A DNA stretch of 64,000 nt from Lobosporangium transversale (lineage: Eukaryota): the NCBI RefSeq assembly GCF_002105155.1, contig NW_019028980.1, forward strand, positions 1,054,001 through 1,118,000. The letters run 5' to 3'. How positions within the stretch are numbered: position 1 is the stretch's first letter; each line of letters opens with the position of its first letter. Under the pieces are notes generated by a model. The model was given only the letters and a program-made list of their open reading frames with translations, did not search any database and was not told where the DNA came from. The position numbers and the translations under genes are program-made. This document shows positions 37,809 to 51,225 of this stretch, piece by piece.

Positions 37809-39848
37809 CTACTTCAACTTGCGGTGCTCTGGAGCGTGAGAAGTCTCATAGTCAACATGTACAAACGCACGCTCAACATTTGGGAGAGACTCCAATTTGA
37901 TCTAGTGAGGTTTGTAGAAAAAAAAAACAATTAGCAATCGCTTTTTGAACGCAAACTAAGAATACTTCAATATTGAATAAACAACAGATAGACTCACCTG
38001 AAGGCCTTCACTGATATCGTGACTTTCCCACAACGGTGTCTCTGGTGCCATGACAACATCCACCTCCACAAAGAAGTTATTGCCGGCGTGATACGCTGTG
38101 CATGTATCTACTTGCAGAATCTTACGGTGATGGGTCAAGGCTAAATATTATATATATATACATCAAGGAATATTTTAGATGACAAATCGACAAACCTAGT
38201 GGGCTTCTATTCTTTTATCATTTCTATATTCTTGGTTTTTTTTTTTTTTTTTCTTACCGATATAAGTCAATTTTTTGAGGAAAGCTGGGTCTGCAGACTT
38301 GCCTACAATGAGCTGGATTTGTTCTATAAAGCAAGGCATGTTTGAACATCAATTTTTTTTCTCTTATCTTCTAAGAAATAAATAAAGAAATAAAGAAATA
38401 CATATATATATAAAAAGGACTTTACCATAGGCAGTCCACACCCAGGAACGCAAGATAATCAGAGAAACCACGATAGCACCAGCTGGATCAAGCCACCAGC
38501 AGTATCTGCTCATCAAGGACGCAAACAGACCAAATCCATTCACTGACAAATCATTCCTGTGATCCGTTGCTAAAATGTTGGCTGCGTTATACTGTCTAAT
38601 CGCCTTGCAATAAAGAAAGAGAAGAAATTTGCTGACTGTGAAAGACAAAAAAAAGAAAAAAGAAAAAAAAAAAGATTAGAAGATGTTAAAAGTGCAAAAA
38701 AAAAGACGAGGCAAGAAAAGAAAAGAAAAGGTATACATTACTGAGTGCGAATCCAACGAATGCAATAGCGATAGCACTAGGCATAGGAGGTGTCTGGTTG
38801 TTCTCGAGCAATGTTCTGACAGACTCAATCTTTACAATCAAAATTTTTTTGATCAGGAATAAAAAGTGTCTTGATGTCAACAAAGATCAAAAAAAAAAAA
38901 AAAAAAAAAAAGACAAGCCCATAGTTTTAGTTCTTTCTACTTCTCCACTTACGATCAATTGAAGTGAAACAGTTGCCATCAAGGAAGCAAAGACAATTGT
39001 TCCTGCAGTCTCCATACGCGACTTGCCCTTTAAGAAAAAGAAAAAAAAAAAAAAAAAAAAAAAATATTAACTCGTAAGCTTATTTTTGCATTTTTTTACG
39101 ATCAACACGTGGATACTTATAATTAATAATAACAATTTAAAAAGGACATACCGAAGGATATTTCCAGTTACTCTTAGTAGAAGCTCTAGCAGCGTACGTG
39201 AGAATGACACCCGAAAGCAAGTCCATGAATGAATCTGCCATGGTTGCAAACAATGCTAATGATTTTGAAGAAATAGCAGCATAGAGTTGCAGCATAAACA
39301 GCAACACGTTGACTCCAAATGATCCATACACCGCAATTTTGAGCTAAAATGAGAATAAATTAAAAAACTGTTAAAAGATTTTTCTGAGAGTTGAGAAATA
39401 AGGAGAGATAGAGAGAGAGAGAAGAGTTGCATACTTTGAGTTGGTTCTTCTCTTCTTCCTCTTGTGCCCCCTCTCGTCCCCCTGGAGGTTCGAGCAAGTC
39501 CTCAATCAACTCATTCTGTTCACGATAAAACTCTTTGACTTTCTTGGATGAGCGAATCGCACGGAGCTGTTCTTCAGACATGCGTTTTGATGCCAACAAC
39601 ATCGGATCACGGGCTTCATAGAAATCATCCTCTGATGAAGCGTCAGGAGAAGGGAGGCTACCGTTGATGATATCTGCTGGCCCAGACCCATGGCCGGTAG
39701 TGTCGATCTGTAAAGGTGTCATAGGTATATGGACAGATGAAGATGTTGCTGGTTGAGCAGCATGATGTCTATCATGAACAGAGTGGGTATGATGCCTGTG
39801 GAAACTAGGCTCCGCTGTTTGTGAAGAGGAATGAAGGGGGAGATCCAT
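37809..39848 (-). CDS. Cation diffusion facilitator, Mn-CDF/MTP8-11-like (multi-exon)
   Basis: Motifs FYREQNELI, SLALFATMADSFMDL, DHRND, DPAGAI, AYHAG...VEVDVV, and ERAFVHVDYE...PEH at the C-terminus. Confidence 0.92.
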
Positions 39849-40425
39849 TTACTTGAATGAGACAAAATGAACTTTGATGGATGATGTAATGAAGGGGGAG
39901 AAAAAAAAAAAAGAAAAAAAAAAAAAAAAAAAGAGAGAGAGAGAGTGAAAGATAGAGAGCTAAACGGTTTGGGCTTATCTCTTGCGACCCCTTCTCTCAC
40001 GCCTTCCTTTTTGTTTGGATGTGTGTGCTCCGTGACCATTTCGTTTTTTTTTGCAAAGCATGTTGCTTTCCCGTTTTGGGAATAGACTAGTCCTGTCCCA
40101 GTGCCGATAAGGGTTGTTTGCCTGTTGCAGTTGGCTAGTTCATGTAACATCCCGATAACCATAATAACCAAGCAAAAAAAAAAAAAAAAAAAAAAATCGG
40201 GTTTTGGAAAGTGGAGAAGGATTGTACGAGATGGAAGGATCTCCCTTTTTCAACAACAATAATCGTCCAATAGGAGCATGGTAATCGTCCTATACTCGTT
40301 CTCATTTAATTGAGCGCAGACCTTTTTTGTGACACAACAAACACAAAGACAAAAAAAAAGTTGTTCCTTTCGTTCTCTTTTTAGGATTCTGCGCATTTGG
40401 AGTCGCATAGTTTTTGTTATTTTTA

Positions 40426-42489
40426 TTATGTCTTTTTTGAACATGATCCATTGCTTCCGTTACTGTTGCTATCCTTCAATCCCCTACTACTAAAGAGTCT
40501 ATTCCATTCTTCTCGATCCTCCTCAAGACTCTTCCCAATCGATTCTACAAAAGTTCTTTGTATATGCTTAATCTGTGATCCTATCAAATTGACTTTTTGT
40601 TGGACGCGCTCGATTTCGTCTTGTACCTCTCTTAGACATGAACATATTGTCGTCAACATTGCTCGTTGATGACACCGAGTGCACATTGGTAAAGAATTCA
40701 AATTCTGTTGCTGGTGTTGCTGCTCTTGCTGTTCTTGCTGCTGTTGCTGAAGGAGGGATGATGACAAGTATGTTGCAGAAACAGTTGTATGAAAACTGTT
40801 CATAGGAGACATTATTGCTGCTGGTACTGCTGGTACTACTAGCACTGCCGGTTCCGCTAATTTTGCTGGCATATTTTTTATCCTTGCCGATAGAGATGAG
40901 AATGGGGATAATGAGTAAGCCCCATCTTTTTCCCTTGATGTTGACACAGCCTCCCCTGTCATAGCCTCTTTTGTCGATTCTCTAACAGATGCATCCAATC
41001 CACAACAATATAATCTGTGCAGCTTTGGATCAAAGAAAAAGTCCTGATGGCCACTATCTTGTTTCCGAATCATCCTCTCTAGAATTTCAACCTTCTCATC
41101 CAAAGCATCACGCGCTTTCTTTCTTTGGATTTGTGATTCAAGTAATTGATCTCTTGTAGAATCCAACGCCCGGATGTGTGAGACGAAGTATTCCAATTGC
41201 TCTTGGCTTTCATCGATTCTCTTCTGAATCTCCTTCTTGATGATGGATCCTTCTTCCATGTCCTCCTCGTCCTCCTCGTCCTCCTCTTCTTTGTTTTCTC
41301 CTCCATGACGCAGCAATAATAGGGACTTATCTGTAGTGGAAACCTGTGTCGAGGGGGATGGCGATGACGCCAATGATAATGGCCCACGTCTTGATCCGGG
41401 ATCTAGCTCACTACAAGTGACTTTACCTGCTAATGAGTCACAGATACTTTCGTTACTATGGCTCCTACTCGATGATAATAGAGTGGATTTTGGATTCACC
41501 ACCGTTCCAGTAGACTTTGAACTAGTAGAGTCAGGTGTCGACATGAATGGGTCGTGTGAGAAAATCGGTACTAATGGTGGCGCAAGTGTCGTGATCAGGC
41601 CCGTGTGGCGTAACGACCGTGTAGGCAGGGGCAGCTTCACTACCTTGATTCGATTTGATAGTGTAATAGAAGGTGGAGCAACAGTGGTGAAGCTTTTAAC
41701 ACGAGAGGAAGGAGGAAGGGGCGAAGAAGGAGGCTGAAGAGCTGCATTAAAAGACCCTGGATCGTCATTTACTTCTTCGGGACTTTCTACTAATGGTGAC
41801 ATACAGCCAAGAACCCTTGTTTGTTTGTATTTGAGGGGTTGTGCAGAGATCGAGCGTCTCGTTGGCAAAAAAGGAATATTAAAGTTCACATCGTTATTGT
41901 CTCTTATGACGTTGCCGTTATTGGTTATTCTATTGCTACTGCCATTAACACTATTGTTGCTACTGTTGCTACTCTTACTGCTGCTAGCAGCACTAGAAGA
42001 TGAGCCGGCAATGACCAGTAGCGTTGATAACCTGGGTCTGTGGCGATTCCAAAGCTGTGTTAGGCTGAACCTAGTTGTTGTTGATGTTGTTGAAGTTGTT
42101 GATGCTGCTGTTGTCATGAGCGGCAAAGTCAATAGCGATGTTGATGATGGTAATGATGACAGCGGTAATGACGATAGTGGATCTGGGATATTAATGTCAC
42201 TCAGAGGCTGATCAAGCATGGCATTATCACTTTGTTTTGGATGTACAAGCAGTAAAGGGTGTAACGCGCTATCACTGTGGACACGTCGGAGGATGCAAGT
42301 ATCATCACTGCTGTCATTACTGATGTTGCTTTTGTTACATGCGGCGCTATTATTAGCCACTCCACTCTCAACACTATCGCTTCTGGAGCGAGTGGTCCTT
42401 GAAACATTGTTCGTTCGCTCACTAAGGCGCACGGCTTTCGGCGCGTGGCCCGTCCGCAAGCAATTGGAAGTGGGTTCTGTTGGTTGCAT
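40426..42489 (-). CDS. Hypothetical Ser-rich protein with C-terminal coiled-coil segments
   Basis: Long intronless ORF. The likely start is MQPTEP at 42489, after a pyrimidine-rich leader. Confidence 0.7.
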   Translation of the reverse strand: MQPTEPTSNCLRTGHAPKAVRLSERTNNVSRTTRSRSDSVESGVANNSAACNKSNISNDSSDDTCILRRVHSDSALHPLLLVHPKQSDNAMLDQPLSDINIPDPLSSLPLSSLPSSTSLLTLPLMTTAASTTSTTSTTTRFSLTQLWNRHRPRLSTLLVIAGSSSSAASSSKSSNSSNNSVNGSSNRITNNGNVIRDNNDVNFNIPFLPTRRSISAQPLKYKQTRVLGCMSPLVESPEEVNDDPGSFNAALQPPSSPLPPSSRVKSFTTVAPPSITLSNRIKVVKLPLPTRSLRHTGLITTLAPPLVPIFSHDPFMSTPDSTSSKSTGTVVNPKSTLLSSSRSHSNESICDSLAGKVTCSELDPGSRRGPLSLASSPSPSTQVSTTDKSLLLLRHGGENKEEEDEEDEEDMEEGSIIKKEIQKRIDESQEQLEYFVSHIRALDSTRDQLLESQIQRKKARDALDEKVEILERMIRKQDSGHQDFFFDPKLHRLYCCGLDASVRESTKEAMTGEAVSTSREKDGAYSLSPFSSLSARIKNMPAKLAEPAVLVVPAVPAAIMSPMNSFHTTVSATYLSSSLLQQQQQEQQEQQHQQQNLNSLPMCTRCHQRAMLTTICSCLREVQDEIERVQQKVNLIGSQIKHIQRTFVESIGKSLEEDREEWNRLFSSRGLKDSNSNGSNGSCSKKT

Positions 42490-42819
42490 TATTTGCGTGG
42501 TAATGAGGAGAGAAGAAAGGATTGAAAATTGCTTCAGAAGCTCAAAAACACGTAAATAACCAAGGAAAAAGAAGAAAGAAAAAAGAGAGAGAGAGAAGGA
42601 GAAGGAACAAAAAGGACAGACATAAAATAAAGTTGTTCTCCGTGTTGTATATTTTACAGAATTTACAGCCATCAGTGATTTTGGACATGGATCGAAGCCT
42701 TGAGATTTTATACAGTAAATAGTAATGAATATGTGATAATTACATTGAATGCCCATCTATCACGCATTTATCAGATTACAGTCCGTTTTTCCTTTTTACA
42801 GGGTTGATTATCTATGTTG

Positions 42820-44676
42820 TAGTCAAGCCGCACTCATCCATTTGACTATGTGCAGTATTGGGGGTTTTGGAACTGTGATCGATACATTGTTTTTCTTTCC
42901 GCTGCTTGGAAATGAAGGGGAGATTGTACTGGACATCGTAGTTACAACTTTTGTCCACATAGTCAAGGTCGCTTTGGACACTGTCTCCGGTAAATCTGAT
43001 CTGATATGACTGTCGACTGCCCTTTGCATCTGCCGTTGCTTCTGACGTTGCTGTTGTTCTTTTTCCTTTTCAGCCAATGGCGCAAGGCGCCTTTTCCCTT
43101 GATCACATTCATATCCTCGAGGTGTAATAGCCAGACGAACTCTCCCGGTCGTATTCAAACCGAATGCTTCTAATAAGCTCTTCAGATGCTAATCCATTAG
43201 TCAGCACAGACTCTGCGTTCAATACGTGCTTAGAATTAATAATACCTGAGGTGGCTGTGGCGTTGATAGCATGAACAGCAACGATTGTAGCAACGCAGCT
43301 TGACCCTATGGGATTATCATCAGATGCCGCTTGCAGCTCTTCTGTTTCGAAGGCCCGGGAGGCGTTTAAACTATCGTTCTACTGCCTCTGCTATTGCATG
43401 TCTACGATACATTTCTCTCTCATCCGTGTGTATTTGATTATGTATTTGTAGCTCTTCCTCATTTTGGTTACCACCTTCCAAGGTGATCATTTCTTGTTCA
43501 GAACTAGCTGCAGCGGCAGTTGTAGCCGTAGCCTTGTCTTCGATAGTGTAGCTTTCTTGATCAACTTATGGGTTTTGCGTTATAGACAAACTGACAATTC
43601 TTTTTACCGCCGAGAGTAAGAGTACATCCTAACTGGTGGAATCGCAATGACATCCCTGTCTGTAATGTCGTTGATGCTGACAGTGATAGTGACGATTGCA
43701 ATGGTAAAGATAATTGCAGTGCCAGTGCAACTCTTCTGAAAGGGAGATTCGGTCCTAGCTGTTATTGATGGTTTTATTGCACCTCAAACCTAGTGACAAA
43801 GGAGAATCCTTTTGAAGCCCTAATAGTCCCATATCATCGCTTTCTTCCATGCTATTGTCATGTTCGATTTTGGCGGCCATAGGGGCACTGAGCTTTGTAA
43901 CCCTTGAACAAGGCCTCTTGGCCAATTTAGCTACGTTTCTGAACTTTCTCGACAGGGACTTTATACTAATTCTGGGCTTCCCAGTGCATATTGGCACTGC
44001 AGCAGGTGAAGAGCCAGCAGCAGGGGATACTCTAGGAGGTAAAAGGGAAGAAGAAAAAACAACTCTTCTTCTCTTGTTGCCCTTGGGTCGGCCGCTGGCG
44101 CTATAGCGGCCCGTAGGGCGCGACAAGGCAGCATCATAGCTAATCTTGCTTTTATTGCTGCTTCTGCAGAAAGGGGTCGTCGAAGAGGAAGGAGAAGGCC
44201 ACGAGGAGTATATGAAGTAGAAAACGGCCGAAGATGAAGAGGAACATAATGACAATGGCAATGACAATGGCAATGACAATGGCGACGGCACTCTCGAGCG
44301 GAAGCCTTGTAATGGTCAAAAGGATAATTGCAGTTAGAGTGCGAGTGTGGATAAAGAGAGAAGGATGAGGATTGACGTTATTTATTTGAAGATTTTTCAG
44401 CACTTATTTTGAGCGGCAAAGGCTAGAAACGACCTTCTCTCTTTTTTTTAGCATGGTTTCATTTACCAGCATCGTCTCTTGACTCTTCTTCAAAAACGAA
44501 GGGCCCAGTTTTTTATTATTCATCCCTGTGCTGTCGACTGTAGATAATAGCAAAGATGATCTGGATATCACTGTTTCGATACATCCTAAAGCCGGTAACG
44601 ATACCATAACTGCTTTCTCACGATCTAGTTCCATACACTGCCCATCACATTTTTTCTCTTCCCACTTAGTTTTATT
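42820..44676 (-). pseudogene. Decayed coding-like continuation downstream of the 44677 stop
   Basis: The reading frame continues past the TAG at 44677 with protein-like composition. It is interrupted by isolated TAG/TAA codons and a few frameshifts. Confidence 0.55.
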
Positions 44677-47600
44677 CTAGTCCTTGTCATTGCCCCTGAA
44701 TGAAATTCCTGCTGCAAACTTCATATTTACTTTCGACTCCACCATCTCCTTAGTGTCCTCATTCATTTCTCTTCGATCAGCGCCTGCGGATGACGGCTGG
44801 ATGTGGCTATGCGGCTTCTCCTTGTTGAATCTTTGTCCTTCTCCTTCTCCTTTTCCTTCTCCATGTCCTTGTTTGCGCGAGCAGGTTGGCCTAGGGAGGC
44901 TACTGCGAATACATCGATGATGGAAGTTTGAGTCAGCAAGCATTAAATTCGATGAAGTCAAAGAAAGGTCAGTTTCATCTTCGATATTCAACCTTAACGG
45001 ACCTGCTTCAGATTTAGATGGATTGCCCTCAGCAGTGTCGCTGCTATGGTTGCTTCTATTACTGCTATCGCTATTGGTGTTGTTGTTATTGAAGGTGGTG
45101 GCAATGAGGCTGCTATGGCTTTGGGCTTGCTCATTGTATTGAGGAGCACATGCTCGTTTCTTGTTTGAAGCAACTGACCCGTCCGGCAAGACTACAAGCG
45201 CTTCATGGCCCCCCTCAATAATTTCTACAAACTCGTCAGGAACAGTATAGCGAGAACCAGTGGTAGTCGTGGATGAAGAATGGGTCATTACTCCTGAGGA
45301 GTTATTGCTGTTGCGAGATTTCTTTTGAATCTGCTTCTTGAAGGTATCAGCAGCAGATACCATTTCAAACGGCACTCCCCGGTCCGTAATAATATAGCTA
45401 TTTTGTGGTGATGATGGCTGAGGGGACGATGGTTCTTGACCAGCATCGACCGCCGTTGTTGGTCCTTTATAGATGATCCTGTGAGCAGTGCCACGAGACC
45501 CCGTGTTATTGGACAGACGTTTCGAGCCCACAAGCATTGTCGAGGCTGAAGTAGACGTCGATGCTATGCATGCTTGTGGATTCTTAACTGGCATTGAAGA
45601 ATGCTTTCTCATGAATGTATTCTCAGCCACTTCAACTTTAACTAATGATCCCGATGTGGTCAAAGAAGCCGATGCGGCTGTGGTAGTTGCAACTGAGCCA
45701 GCTACAGGCGTGCCTGACCCATCTGGCCCCGATAAAGGCGCTGGCCCCGATACTGGGATCGGTAGGCGTGAACCTGAAGACCTTGGAGGGTGCTGCTGCT
45801 GCTGTTGCTGAGGCTGCATTTGCTCTTTATTTACCCCAGAGGACTGTGATGGCATCATTGCTGGTGTCGACCTTGCCTTATTGAGCCTAGAGACATTGGG
45901 TTCTTTTGCATTTTTGACATTGTCATCATCACCATCATCATCCGACTCGGTAGCAGCTGCTTTAGCTTCTGCAATCTCACGTGCCTGCGCCATAGCTTCT
46001 GCATATTTGGCTGCTTTGATTTTAAGGTCTTTATACCTTTTATCCGCATCGGGGTGATCTTTATAGTAACTCGCATGACTCTCCATGTAGTAATTGAAAT
46101 CTTGGATATAGATTTCAGTACTATTGGTTGCGGAAGAAACAGCAATAGTAGCGCTCGAACCGGGAATAGGGGCTGATTTTGGAATATTTTGCCTTTTTGC
46201 CATACTGTAATGACCACTATTGTCGCCGATGCTCATTATCGCAGGCTGGATACCACTAATGGAGGGGGGCGTGTATGTGTGTGTGTTTGCGGTTGGCTTC
46301 AAGAGAGGAGCAGTCTTGATCTGACCGAAATCCGCTCCCGGAAGAGGCTCCTGGGCCGAGCTACGAAGCTCATGCAATAATAAGTCTGACTCCTTATCCT
46401 GTTCATGACGTCTCGCGTTTACCGGTTTGCAGCATGATGTATCGATGGTGAGCTGGCTATCACGCAGTCTGTTCTTTAGCCCTTTCTTACTCTGAGCTTG
46501 AGTACTAGTGTAACCTTGGCAATATTGAAACTTAGTCTTCCCTTTTGGAGTCAGTTCAGGGCCTGGTCCTTCATTAAGTCTTTCATTGTTATTTTCTTCA
46601 TTGTACCCAGCTTTCTGAACTTGATCAGGGCTAGTTACGCCCTTGCTGGAGTTGCTAAGCCTAGCGTCTGACTCTGTACCTCTTCTGGCTGGAGCGCAGT
46701 ATCCGATATGCTTATGCTGTTTGCTATTCTGCTGTGGTTTATCAAAAATAGGTCTGGCAAGACTTGCAGAAAAGTTGTGTTCACTGTCATATCGTTCCTG
46801 GCTTTTGTTCTCAGCCAAGGGCATTGAAGGGCGTCGTGTGAAGGATGGCGATAGTGGCTCTACTGCACCAGGAACGGGTGTGGACGATGAGACTGAGGTA
46901 GATGGAGGCATGTACAATGGGAGCGCTCTAGGGCTTTTTCGGTTGTTCTTATCATTACTGTTGTTGTATATATGATGGCAAATACTTGTTTTTGAGTCGT
47001 TCTGAACAATACAAGAACCACAATCGCTTGCCACGAAGTCATGATGATTGTCATGTGGATTACAGGTCCCTTTTCCAGCAACATGATGAATTGAACTACT
47101 TGGTAAACTAATCGCAAGGGATCTGCTTCTGCTTCTGGTCACTACCGCATCTGATTGAGGTCGCGGCTTCAAGGAAGTAGTCACTAAAAACTAGTTAAAA
47201 TTACTCTGTTAACTGCTATCAATCTTTCACATTCAATAAACCGTGGTATAATATGATGGCAGGGACGTTTCAGCAAATACTTGCGCTATTTATACCATTG
47301 TTAATATATACCTACATCATCAAATGCCTGAAAATAAGTATCAGCAGCAGCAGATGCAGCAATGGAACGCCGTCGATCCTCAATAATCTCCTCGATCGGC
47401 TGTGGCACACATGTTTGCGTCTTCTTCAGTACCTTTGCCTGGTTCCCATGCAAATCATTGCGGAAGTCCTGAGTACTGCCTCTATGGTTGAGCCCCACCA
47501 GATGACGATCAAGGGCACTAGCACTAGACTTCTTGTTCAGTGAGTAAAGTGAACGTCGTCTACTATTCATACTTGTGTCGCTCATTGCGACTGTGTGCAG

Positions 47601-47747
47601 AGAAAGACCATCATAGTCATAGTCATAATCTCGATCATACTCATTTTCATGTTCTACAGCTTCAGGATTGTTATTGTTTTTGCCAGGATGTCGATTCTTA
47701 TCCTTAGGTTTCTTCTTTCCAAGAAAAGACTGTATGACTTTTTTCAT
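44677..47747 (-). CDS. Hypothetical low-complexity protein (exon 1 from 47747, intron ~47315-47184, exon 2 to 44677)
   Basis: Two long same-strand ORFs separated by a GT...TTTTAG intron. No domain recognised. Confidence 0.7.
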
Positions 47748-48606
47748 TATTTTCAGAAAACAAACAAAAAAAAAAAAAAAAAAAAAACGTTCTCTAGTTA
47801 ACGAGTTAACGAGTAACTAAAGTAAAGTCAGTCGCGTCTGAGCAGTATCCGCTGGAGATGTATGATTTGTTTTTGTTGATGTTTGGAAGTTTTGATGAAT
47901 CGAAAGATAAGAATACCTTCAGAGCAATGGAATAAAGTGGCAGGCAAAAGAATAGAGCAAGAGAGAGACAAAAAGAGAGAAGGATATTGATACTGAGCGA
48001 TGGTAAGACCAGTTAAAAAAAAAAAAGAGCTGCTAATGTCTGCAAGTGGTCTCTTGACTTGTTTTTATGGCCGTAGAGGATATTTTTCTCTCTTTCTCAC
48101 ATGCAATAATAAACTACAAGCAGGCTTAATGCCAACACCCTTTGTGGATACTGTTCGTTTCGTCGCTGCCTTTTTTTTTTTTCTTTTTTTTTACTTCAAC
48201 TTCACTTGGAAACCCTGGAATTTTTCTCCGAACTGTGGATTCTCATTTAATCAATGCCCTAGTTTGTGGAAATTGACTAAAGAAAGTTTTCGGGGTGATC
48301 TCCTGGAAAGATGCCATGCAGGACGAAAAATTTAACTAGTGAAACAGAATCCAAACTGTATAAAATGTTCCGCCAATTGCACAAGCCGTTCGGAGTGAAC
48401 ACACAGGGAGAGTAAACGGGAGGGAGCAAATGTTATCAAACAAGTTTAGCGTCATTTTCTGATAAATTAAATAAATAAATCTTTATGTATATTTCTATAG
48501 ATATATGTGCTATTTTATATATAAATAGCTATGCTAAGGAGAAGAGGGTCGAAGGTCCTGCCTCCGTGTGTGTGTGAGAGAGAGAAAGAGCAACCAAATC
48601 ACCTTT

Positions 48607-49338
48607 TTAAGGGAAAGTCAAAAGAAGGATCTTGATCTCCATATCCCATTCAGGCTTCCATTCGTTCTCATTTGCAAAATTAATCAAGCTGGCCTTGATG
48701 CTCTCCAAGATCTGATTCAAGTTTCCATGAAGAGTTGCCGCATAGTTTGCAAGTTTTACTTGAGTAGTCAAAACATCTTGCAATGCTGGTCCCACAAAGT
48801 TGAGGTACACTTCTGAATCATCTCCATCTACACGAGCTTGAAGTTGACCAATCAGCTTCTTGACAATTCGAGTCTTGATCATCGGCATGAAATGGCAGAT
48901 CGAAGGTGGGTTTCCACAAATGTAATCCATGTTGTGGCAATCAGGCATCGTCCAATTCACACCTCGAGGTGGTTGGTTCACTCGGTGAGGATGGTTACAA
49001 TCTCCTTTGAATTTTGGCTCGTCCTTGAAAATCGTATCGAAGACAGTCTGGAAAATTGTGTTGCTCCAGGACGTCTGGGCCGCCAGTACCGAGTCCGCAA
49101 CAGTCTTGGTGACAGCCTGCTTTTCTGTGAGAGTGAGAGCATCTGCAGGAATGCCGTAGAAGAGCGACTTCTCCACCTCAAAGTTCAGACGAGTAAAGTA
49201 GTTATCTGAGAGGAGTTGGTACTTGTCTGCGAATGCATGTGAGACATTCACTTGGCACTCTCGTTCACAAGCGAGAACTGAGGGCACGAATAGGGCCATA
49301 GAAAAGGCTCCAACAAAAGCAGCAATCGAGAATCTCAT
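48607..49338 (-). CDS. Secreted Cys-containing protein of unknown function
   Basis: Signal peptide MRFSIAAFVGAFSMALFVPSVLA, then CEREC and CHNMDYICGNPPSICHF. Intronless with biased codon usage. Confidence 0.85.
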   Translation of the reverse strand: MRFSIAAFVGAFSMALFVPSVLACERECQVNVSHAFADKYQLLSDNYFTRLNFEVEKSLFYGIPADALTLTEKQAVTKTVADSVLAAQTSWSNTIFQTVFDTIFKDEPKFKGDCNHPHRVNQPPRGVNWTMPDCHNMDYICGNPPSICHFMPMIKTRIVKKLIGQLQARVDGDDSEVYLNFVGPALQDVLTTQVKLANYAATLHGNLNQILESIKASLINFANENEWKPEWDMEIKILLLTFP

Positions 49339-50031
49339 GTTGAAGTGAGATATACGTGTGTATATATTAAAGTAAGGTGTCTGATGTGATTAAAAAGTTT
49401 TCGAAACTGGGTTCACACCTGTGGAAAGTATTTGAATGGATGTGAGGAGTATGAGGATGAGAGGATGAGAAAATGAAGATGATGAGGATGATGAAATTAA
49501 AAAAAAAAAAAAAGCACCCCTATTTATTGGTAAAAGAACAGAAGGACCAATAAATAAAGTGTGCTGCTGGACAGCCGTTTCAAAAATAGCAAATGAATGA
49601 AAAACCCAGGAACGACCTTTCAATTTTCGTACTAGATCCGTCCAGAGGAAGAAGATCGAGGCCAAAATTGGATGGCAGTGTGGGGGGTACTCTGTACGGA
49701 CATTTGTTGTCGTACGTATACCAAAAATAGACTGAGAATGTAAATCTTGTAAGCTTGTCCCACCATCATCGCCCATGTTGTTCTCCCCATTTGGGCGAAA
49801 CCGATGAACAAAACGCACAGATTGCGCAAGGTTCAAAGGCGGTGCACGATATTGATGAATTTATGCGAAATGGGTGTTTTATTGAACCATAGAAAAAAGA
49901 AAGAAGGAGGACAACGTATTCTCTCTCCTAAAAGATTTCTCATCTTGCTGGTAATAAGGTGACTAGACTATGAACAAATATACATGAGCAAGAAGTACGT
50001 TGGATGCATGACAGCAAGCCTGTTTATCTCT

Positions 50032-51189
50032 TTAACCCAAGAGCGGAGCAGTTTCGCCGCCATTACGGCGGCCAAGCGAGCGAGCAACGAAGGGTTTGAG
50101 AGTGTAAATAGCAACAGCAATACCGAGACCAAGGGCGGTCCAGTGGATGACAGGATGGTCCTGCTGGACGAAGACACCAATGAGATACCAGGCCAAAACT
50201 AAGGCGCCAGCTAGAAAAATGGTTCAATAGTATAAAGCGCATATCAGCTGATGGCCTTGTAGTAAAGCTGAGCAGAATAGATCATTGTTCTGCCCTTTAA
50301 GAAAGCTTAATAAAGGTGTTGATGTTTAACACTAGACCAATGAAAAAACCTACCAACATCACCCTTCTTGTACTCAATGTAACCAACGACAGTCGAGGCA
50401 ATAAAGACAAGGCCGATAACAGCAAGGACTACCTGGAAAGTAGAAGGACCATCCTCCTTGACAGGCGAGAGGACAGCGAAGGCATTGATGACCATAAGAA
50501 CAAAAATCCAAGCATGGTAGAGCGAAAAGGGAAGGTGTAGAAAAAGAATTTCACCCATAGTGTCGGCATCATGCAGTCTCACGAGTCTGTAGTAGATGTA
50601 CGAGACAGCCGAGGCAGTAAAGAGCAAAGACACGAATGCAAGGATAGTGTGACCGGAAGACTATTTTTGAGAAGATTTTGAATTTCATGTTAATATTGAA
50701 CTGTCAAGCGACCAAACGTGAGACGACATAGTCTAGATGTCATTTAGGATGAGAGATGCATGAATTTGCAATGTGTTATACACGACAGAAGCCATGTTTG
50801 TGGATTGTGTAATGGCAATAGTTGCATAAATATGGAGGACCGCCTTGGTGTCAGTCCAAATTCAAAGAAGCACAAATCTTCGTCACTTCCATCCCTCCTC
50901 TGCGGAATCCCTTTTATTGTAAACGCGTCTGTCATGAACCTCTTATGGGCACTGTTTGGTTTCACTCAAGATAAATAAGGAAATAGGTAACAGTTTTCCT
51001 TCCATTACCACCACAGACAAAAGAAAAATGATCATATGCAGACAGTGAAATGATTTGCGCTGATTTCTCACGCCATTTCAAAAAAAAAAAAAAATAAAAA
51101 AGCGCGCCAATTTTTTTCCTTGAAATGAACTCATCACTTCTTTATAACGTCACTTCCGCGCTCAGAAAGCAATGTGGAAATGTGGAAAG

Positions 51190-51225
<36 letters not shown>

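Noticed and set aside
42490..42756. N-terminal extension of the 776-aa ORF
   Set aside because: Pyrimidine-rich leader-type sequence. The ATG at 42489 is the more plausible start.
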